From: an uncultured Albidovulum sp.
GTDB taxonomy: Bacteria > Pseudomonadota > Alphaproteobacteria > Rhodobacterales > Rhodobacteraceae
Length of the DNA: 49,490 nt
Assembly: GCA_964532985.1 (NCBI GenBank)
Contig: CAZHIL010000522.1
Location: 1-49,490 of the forward strand
Direction of reading: 5' to 3'
Translations under genes and position numbers: made by a program
Shown: positions 44,701 through 49,490 of the stretch, in pieces
Layout: each line of letters starts with the position of its first letter
Numbering within the stretch: the stretch's first letter is position 1
Notes under the pieces: generated by a model
What the model saw: only the letters and a program-made list of their open reading frames with translations
Told to the model about the DNA's origin: nothing
Databases searched by the model: none

Positions 44701-45387
44701 TATCTTTACGGCAAAGGAACCCTTGTCTGTTTGAATGTCCCCTGCTGCAACAAGCTGGTTGTTTCGGGTAATTACGGCGTTGAGTTCATCAGCTGTTATA
44801 CCAAAAGCCTCCAGTCTGAATGGATCTATGATTACCTCGATCATTTCCTTTCTGTTGCCGGACAAACCAACCTCAAGTATGGGAGGAAGCGCTTCTATTT
44901 TATCCTTAAGGGCTTCACCAATCTTCTGAAGTGACCTTTCTGGAATTTGACCCGCCAAAACAATTACCAGAATGGGGAACTCGGCGAAACTGAATTCGTT
45001 GATACTTGGTTCATTGGCACCAGGGGGAAATTCGGCTTGGGCTTTATTGACCTTTTCCCTTATATCGGCAAGAGTGGAACTTCGATCTAATCCAAACTCC
45101 AATTCGATAATAACCCCGGCATATCCTTCCGAGGCTGTGGAGTTGATATTTTTTAAACCTTTGAGATCCGAAAGATTATCTTCGAGTGGCTTGACCAAAA
45201 GTTGCTCGCTATCTTCGGCTGATATACCCTGAAAGGGTACAGAAACAAAATAGGCTGGGATGGTAATGTCAGGTGAACCCTCCTTGGGGAGGTTTACATA
45301 GGCTGCAATTCCGGCCGTAATGGAAAAGATCACCATCGCAAAAATCATGCTCGGGTGTTTTGCAGACCAATCGACTACCCCTTTCAT
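41758..45387 (-). CDS. RND-family efflux transporter permease (AcrB-like) with extra TM hairpin and C-terminal acidic extension
   Basis: It has the AcrB-like architecture: TM1, a large periplasmic loop, a TM bundle, a second loop and a second bundle. Supporting motifs include FSITAGIAAY, GLILSVGMLVDSAIVVVE and IVVNHNIVLIDTYNEY. At 1209 aa it exceeds the usual ~1040 aa. Confidence 0.9.
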   Translation of the reverse strand: MKGVVDWSAKHPSMIFAMVIFSITAGIAAYVNLPKEGSPDITIPAYFVSVPFQGISAEDSEQLLVKPLEDNLSDLKGLKNINSTASEGYAGVIIELEFGLDRSSTLADIREKVNKAQAEFPPGANEPSINEFSFAEFPILVIVLAGQIPERSLQKIGEALKDKIEALPPILEVGLSGNRKEMIEVIIDPFRLEAFGITADELNAVITRNNQLVAAGDIQTDKGSFAVKIPSSFQTPSDVENLPIKINGDRVITVGDIGEVRLNFEDRTGYARYNGEFTLGLQIVKRRGTNEIDTADLVKEETRKFMETLPEELRKSVTADFVQDSSFYTQGMISRLEGAVLTAVALVMIVILASLGFRSALLVGFAIPSSFLLCSIFLAVLGISISNIVMFGLILSVGMLVDSAIVVVELGDKKIREGVGPMNAYTSAAKRMFWPIISSTATTLCAFLPMLFWPGMAGQFMGTLPITLIFVLSASMVVALVFLPVVGGLAGRISVKLSQLTDLLRYLNFYLRIFLTCIAIVLVVFSGSSLVTTTLSFMDKSDASLITLFLNGLGFCLSVMLMSILMGSVFRKKVPVYSSARSSRTIVGVIIKLIVGNPIMPIVVIAGTLAFVTATFMSYSKNNYGVNFFVDAEPDMIGINVLARGNLSLIEKDFLVTSVEKEIMDTEGIGSIFSFSGDVGLRVTDQDPVDSVGEIQIEFNPWEERQSMGESVQDSRLIIEKLEDIMLQIPGIRTNTNLVAQGPSQGKPLNLRIKSSSWEDLLEKTEIVKSKFEETQALIFVEDTRPLPGIDWQIDIDLDKAARFGADVASVGSMIRMATSGVVLDTIRMDNLTDEIDIRVRFPEEFRTLTTLETLRVRTVNGLIPVSNFLTFEPVQQLDQVQRHDGDRFITISAGLTPDLVNEFGEAITPTERVAYLDKWLEETFGSDPNLNWEWTGDQAEQDESQTFLLFAFIGALGLMFGVLLAQFNSFYNSILVLFAVVLSITGVLIGMQVMNQPFSIIMTGTGIVSLAGIVVNHNIVLIDTYNEYSSYMPRIEAIIRTVEARIRPVFLTTITTMAGLTPMMLGISFDFANGGYLIDSPNSIWWKPLATAVVFGLGTSVLLTLAFTPAMLAIRIWLTKGAYASSNSLTALVLGPKSRISLDRKLRIAAGSLPQINIDWDQFQQVLLPLPQDNKAIEPTPGEIIEGETGSVDEFDVEPEDNPTNKLD

Positions 45388-46526
45388 AAGGTATTCTCCC
45401 TATAGGTGACTGCAACTTTTGTCCCATCGACAACAAATTCTTGACCTACCACAATTATATCAACCCTCGGAGGCAGTCCCACTACCCAGGCACCATAAGG
45501 TGAATCGAGCAGCAAATCAACTTTCCGGAACCTGACTATGTCGTCGACAACGGTACGAACACCCAATTCACCAGTATTATCAAGGGTCAAGGCTGATTGG
45601 GGAATTAAATGGGCCTGGTTCTTATTGGCAAGAATTGAAATTTCTGCAGTCAATCCGTCTCTGATGCCCAAATCACTGTTGTCAACAGTAATCTCCACCT
45701 TGAAAGTTCGGGTGCTCTCATCTGCAGATCGGGAAATAAAGGTAACCTCTCCGGTTACGTTCCGCCCCGAAATCAATCTGGCCTGGGCAGGATTGCCAAT
45801 TTGCAACTTATCCACATCGCTCTCGGAAACAAAACCGACTATTCTGATTGGGTCAAGTTGAATGATGGTTGCACAAAGGGAACCAGTCTGGAGCAGGGAT
45901 CCAACTTCCGCGGCATCAGTTTCCAAAAGACCGTCAAATGGCGCTCTAATCGTTAATCTGGAAATTTCCTTTTCGGCACGTTCGATCGTAGCAAGTGTTG
46001 CTTGCAAAACTGCTTGCGCCGATGTCTTGTTGGCTTCTGATCCCAAACCTCCATCGGCCAACTTGGTGGCTGTCACGGCATTGATTTCTGCCGATTTCAA
46101 TTGGGCTTGGGCTTCTTCCAATACAGCCAATCTTGTTCCTGGATCCAATTCGCAAAGTATATCACCTCTGGATACATTCTCACCTTTTCTGAATGGTTCA
46201 GAGATGACGAGACCTGTAGTTTCGGATTTAACATCAACATATCTGGCTGCCCGTGTTGTACCGGTAAGGGTGATTGAGGTATCAACCATTTCCTGCTCAA
46301 AGGTCGTTGCCACTACATTCACGGGCTTAACTTCAACCATCGCCAGCTGATCCTGTTCCTGATCTTCGACTGGTTCTTCAAGTTGAAGGTTCTCTTCCTC
46401 GGTTGAGGAAAAACCAATCAGGCCCCTTAGGAGGTCTCTTTCGACTACAAATAAATAAAGTAATCCAGTAACCAAAAGAGCAATTAAAATTGAAAAAATA
46501 CGCATATTACTTTTGCTTACGTACAA
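45384..46526 (-). CDS. RND efflux periplasmic adaptor (membrane fusion protein)
   Basis: It has an N-terminal anchor, a coiled-coil hairpin region (LEEAQAQLKSAEINA...) and barrel-sandwich/beta-barrel segments. It overlaps the pump gene by 4 nt. Confidence 0.85.
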   Translation of the reverse strand: MYVSKSNMRIFSILIALLVTGLLYLFVVERDLLRGLIGFSSTEEENLQLEEPVEDQEQDQLAMVEVKPVNVVATTFEQEMVDTSITLTGTTRAARYVDVKSETTGLVISEPFRKGENVSRGDILCELDPGTRLAVLEEAQAQLKSAEINAVTATKLADGGLGSEANKTSAQAVLQATLATIERAEKEISRLTIRAPFDGLLETDAAEVGSLLQTGSLCATIIQLDPIRIVGFVSESDVDKLQIGNPAQARLISGRNVTGEVTFISRSADESTRTFKVEITVDNSDLGIRDGLTAEISILANKNQAHLIPQSALTLDNTGELGVRTVVDDIVRFRKVDLLLDSPYGAWVVGLPPRVDIIVVGQEFVVDGTKVAVTYRENTL

Positions 46527-46777
46527 TCCCTAAACAAGGACAGGCTGTAAAATATAAATTTTTTACTAATTTTGACAATGATACAGGCAGTCCTTCAGAT
46601 TTAAACTGAAGATAAATTGACAACTTAAATTTAGGCCAAAAATTAGCAGGATATGTTTGTAGTATGGCAATTCCAAAGTTAAACAAATTGATTATTCTAT
46701 AACTTAAACTATATCTCATTTGTTGCTACTATATCAAATATCTGTGAACTTTAACGCTTTATAGAACGAGGGAAATC

Positions 46778-47458
46778 TTGAGTAATTCAGAATCATTCAT
46801 CGAGGAAGTATCCAGTGAGGTCAGGAGAGACAGATTATTCTCCCTATTTAAGAAATGGGGATGGATAGGGGCTCTTATCATCGTGGTTGTTGTTGGTTTT
46901 GCCACCTATAGGGAAATCCAAACCCATAATTTCGAAACAACTGCCCAGGATTTGGGAAGTGAGGTCGTAACTGCTCTCAATGAGGAAGATCCTTCGGATC
47001 AAATAGGTGCCTTGAGGCAAATCCAGGCTGACGGACCAGATGCCAAGGCCATTGTGGATTTCTACTTGGCTGAACTCTACCAGCAAAACGATAACACCAG
47101 GGAAGCGTTGATTACCTTGGAAAGTCTTGCTGGTGATGATGAAGTATCAATTGTTTACAGGGATTTGGCTGAAATAAAGGCTATTTTACTATCCGAGGGC
47201 TCAGTCCCATATGATGACTTGATATCAAGACTGGATGCTCTGTCCATTTCCGGTTCGCCATTTCGTACAATTGCCACCGAATTGAAAGGGTATTACCTGA
47301 TAGGTTCATCGGAGGAATCCTCCAATCAGGAGTTGAGACAGGAAGGCTTGTCGGTCCTTAGGGAGGTGTATGCCGATGCTGAAGCATCAGCCAATTTAAG
47401 GTTTAGAGTAAGTCAGTTTTTGACGGCACTCGGTGAGGAAACGAGTATTCAGAATTAG
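46778..47458 (+). CDS. YfgM-like TPR membrane protein
   Basis: It has a TTG start after a GAGGGA RBS. The N-terminus FIEEVSSEVRRDRLFSLFKKWGWIG is followed by a single TM segment and a helical-repeat domain. Its position upstream of bamB-der parallels the E. coli yfgM-bamB-der order. Confidence 0.65.
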   Translation: MSNSESFIEEVSSEVRRDRLFSLFKKWGWIGALIIVVVVGFATYREIQTHNFETTAQDLGSEVVTALNEEDPSDQIGALRQIQADGPDAKAIVDFYLAELYQQNDNTREALITLESLAGDDEVSIVYRDLAEIKAILLSEGSVPYDDLISRLDALSISGSPFRTIATELKGYYLIGSSEESSNQELRQEGLSVLREVYADAEASANLRFRVSQFLTALGEETSIQN

Positions 47459-47498
47459 GTTTTCTGCAGTATACGGTTGGATTTAGGGGATTTTCTAC

Positions 47499-48854
47499 GT
47501 GTTTGACAAAAAGGTTGTAATTGGGATTTTGTCCCTTTGTGTTCTGGTTGGTTGCAGCCAAAAGGAGGAAATTCTCGCTGGCTACAGAATTGACATTGAG
47601 CGTCCCTTGACTGAATCAGCTGAAATAGTTTCCGAACTTGATGGGGCGACAACCGGCAGTTTGCTTGTCAACAATCCGATACCTGGATCCAAACCATTTG
47701 ATGCACCCCCGACAGTAGACCTGACCGAATGGACACATGTCAATGCCAATCCCCAGCATAATCCGGGAAATCTGGGAATTGATGGTAGATTGGCCCCGAT
47801 CTGGCAAAGAAATTTCGGAGTGGGAAATACCTTGAGAAACAGACTTGGTTCATCCCCAGTAATTGCCCAAAACAGGATTTTCACCATGGATGCCGTGTCT
47901 AACGTCAGGGCATATGATACCAGCGGGAACCTGATCTGGGGAGCCTCACTTGGATCAGATATCGATGAAGGAGAAGCTTCCAGTGGCGGGTTGGCCTATG
48001 GGGAAGGCTTGCTCTTTGCAACAACGGGATTTGGTAACCTCCATGTACTTGACCCGGACACGGGAGGCGTTTATTGGACACAGGAATTTGATGCTCCTGC
48101 AGTGTCATCTCCGACCGTACATAATGGATTGGTCTATTTGATTACACTGGACAGCAAGGCTTGGGCATTGGATATAAGAAATGGCCGATTGAATTGGAGT
48201 CTTGAGAGCACAGGTGGCATTGCGATGGTTGCAGGTGACACCAGTCCGGCAATTTCAGGCAATGATATAATACTTCCCTTCCCATCAGGTGAGGTTGTAA
48301 GTGCAAATGCCAAAAATGGTAGTGTCAATTGGCGTGAATATATCAGTGGCAGCCGGAGAACAAATCCAAGTTCAACACTGATCGGGATTTCCAGTTCGCC
48401 CGTCATTGCCAATAATCAGATTTATCTGGCCAATCAAAGTGGCAGTACCGCTGCCCTGAATCCATCCAGTGGGAACACCAGATGGTTGGCATCCGATGGT
48501 TCATACAACCCGCCTCTTCCGGCAGGAGATTCCGTATTTTTGGTAACTGACAATTTCGAATTGGTCAGGCTCGATGCAGCAACTGGTTTGAGAATCTGGG
48601 CTACTGATCTTCCTTCCTTCAAGGCAGAAAAACCCAGAAGGAGAAAAGAGGTTTTTGCCCATTTCGGCCCATTGCTTGTTGGGGGTGAATTAGTGGTTGC
48701 TTCCAGTGATGGCTTGATCCGCTTTTTTAATCCTGAAACAGGAGAGGTCGCTAGGACGATTGCTATTCCAGGAGGTGCAACTTCAGCACCAATTGTTGTT
48801 AACCGGACGATGTATCTGAAGACTTCCAACGGAATCCTTTACGCCCTGAATTAG
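47499..48854 (+). CDS. bamB: Outer membrane protein assembly factor BamB (PQQ-like beta-propeller lipoprotein)
   Basis: It has a lipobox (VLVGCS) and repeated beta-propeller blades (e.g. VRAYDTSGNLIWG, LHVLDPDTGGVYW, AWALDIRNGRLNW, VRLDAATGLRIW). It sits between the yfgM-like gene and der. Confidence 0.8.
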   Translation: MFDKKVVIGILSLCVLVGCSQKEEILAGYRIDIERPLTESAEIVSELDGATTGSLLVNNPIPGSKPFDAPPTVDLTEWTHVNANPQHNPGNLGIDGRLAPIWQRNFGVGNTLRNRLGSSPVIAQNRIFTMDAVSNVRAYDTSGNLIWGASLGSDIDEGEASSGGLAYGEGLLFATTGFGNLHVLDPDTGGVYWTQEFDAPAVSSPTVHNGLVYLITLDSKAWALDIRNGRLNWSLESTGGIAMVAGDTSPAISGNDIILPFPSGEVVSANAKNGSVNWREYISGSRRTNPSSTLIGISSSPVIANNQIYLANQSGSTAALNPSSGNTRWLASDGSYNPPLPAGDSVFLVTDNFELVRLDAATGLRIWATDLPSFKAEKPRRRKEVFAHFGPLLVGGELVVASSDGLIRFFNPETGEVARTIAIPGGATSAPIVVNRTMYLKTSNGILYALN

Positions 48855-49031
48855 CAATCTTGGTATTGTACCAAGCCCCACTATACGGAATAACTTTTTG
48901 GATAGGCTCGGAATAAGGAAAATGTGGCTATCTGCCTAATTACCATACCAACTTTCCCATTTGATTGATTATCAATCGGTTTTACAAGTACTAAATGAAT
49001 CCCCATTTCAATTATACAGAAGTTTAATTCT

Positions 49032-49490
49032 ATGGACATAAGCCTTTCAATTGTCGGACGGCCAAATGTCGGCAAGTCGACGCTGTTCAATCGCCTGGTG
49101 GGGAAGAGAACCGCGATCGTCAATAATTCTCCTGGGGTAACACGGGATTTCCAGGAGGGAAAATCAGTGGCACATGGCATGTCACTCAAGGTTATTGACA
49201 CCGCTGGTTGGGATACACGTCCTGAGAGTGAGTTGGATGAAAATATTTTTCGCATGACTCGCAAGGCCTTGGAAAATTCCACGGCCTTGCTGTTCACGGT
49301 TGATGCCCGGACCGGAATACTGCCTGTTGATCTTGAAATTTCCCAACGCCTGCGAAAGCAGGACCTTCCTGTCATTTTGGTTGCCAATAAGTCCGAAAGC
49401 AGGATTCATGATTGCTTTGAAGCTGATGTACGTAGGTTAGGGTGGGGAGAACCGGTTTACATTTCGGCCGAACACGGTACCGGAATAAGC
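49032..49490 (+). CDS. der: Ribosome-biogenesis GTPase Der/EngA (3'-truncated by window edge)
   Basis: It is not in the ORF track because it runs off the window. It reads MDISLSIVGRPNVGKSTLFNRLVGKRTAIVNNSPGVTRD...DTAG...VANKSE, giving G1, G3 and G4 of the first GTPase domain. It stays in frame to base 49490. Confidence 0.9.
   Translation, partial: MDISLSIVGRPNVGKSTLFNRLVGKRTAIVNNSPGVTRDFQEGKSVAHGMSLKVIDTAGWDTRPESELDENIFRMTRKALENSTALLFTVDARTGILPVDLEISQRLRKQDLPVILVANKSESRIHDCFEADVRRLGWGEPVYISAEHGTGIS

Noticed and set aside
48859-48875. Hairpin CTTGGTA-TTG-TACCAAG after bamB, considered as a terminator
   Set aside because: The stem is only 7 bp with a 3-nt loop, and CCCCA follows rather than a U-run. 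The support is insufficient.
48881-49387. 168-aa and 75-aa ORFs on the minus strand at the window end
   Set aside because: They are antisense to the clear der/engA reading frame (G1-G4 GTPase motifs on the plus strand). They are shadow ORFs.

Overview
About 49.5 kb of chromosomal DNA at roughly 40% G+C. It is most likely from a marine alphaproteobacterium, an inference from gene content and order only. The backbone is housekeeping: tatA-tatB-tatC, serS-surE-pcm plus an NlpD-like gene, yajC-secD-secF, sodB, rarD, a LOG-family gene, an RND efflux pair, and yfgM-like-bamB-der. I call about 45 protein-coding genes. I could not recognise any rRNA, tRNA or CRISPR array. Seven items stand out.
(1) A SatD-like gene (nucleotide-cyclase-like fold plus HTH) sits behind three 30-bp tandem operator-like units. 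Its usual DUF3307 membrane partner is broken by three frameshifts.
(2) A lipoprotein fuses an HExxH metalloprotease-like domain to a TbpB/fHbp-type C-terminal beta-barrel.
(3) A truncated duplicate of the tatA 5' end lies 344 bp upstream of the real tatA. The real tatA is 59 aa and absent from the ORF track.
(4) A LysR-flanked nine-gene cluster joins a sugar-type ABC importer and a Gfo/Idh/MocA dehydrogenase to LamB/YcsF plus a dissociated urea-carboxylase-like set (BCCP, biotin carboxylase, KipI-like, KipA-like). I think this is the best candidate for an uncharacterised pathway.
(5) An orphan secreted protein with Ala/Glu/Trp-rich helical repeats is wedged between serS and yajC.
(6) A block of about 7.6 kb at about 55% G+C (28.75-36.3 kb) carries a tightly overlapping eight-gene GntR-BMP nucleoside ABC transporter and salvage operon. 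Its left edge abuts the truncated 5' end of an IS21-like transposase gene, so it is a probable horizontally acquired island.
(7) The RND pump carries two extra predicted TM helices and a long acidic tail.
All family assignments come from motif recognition by eye. No database search was run.
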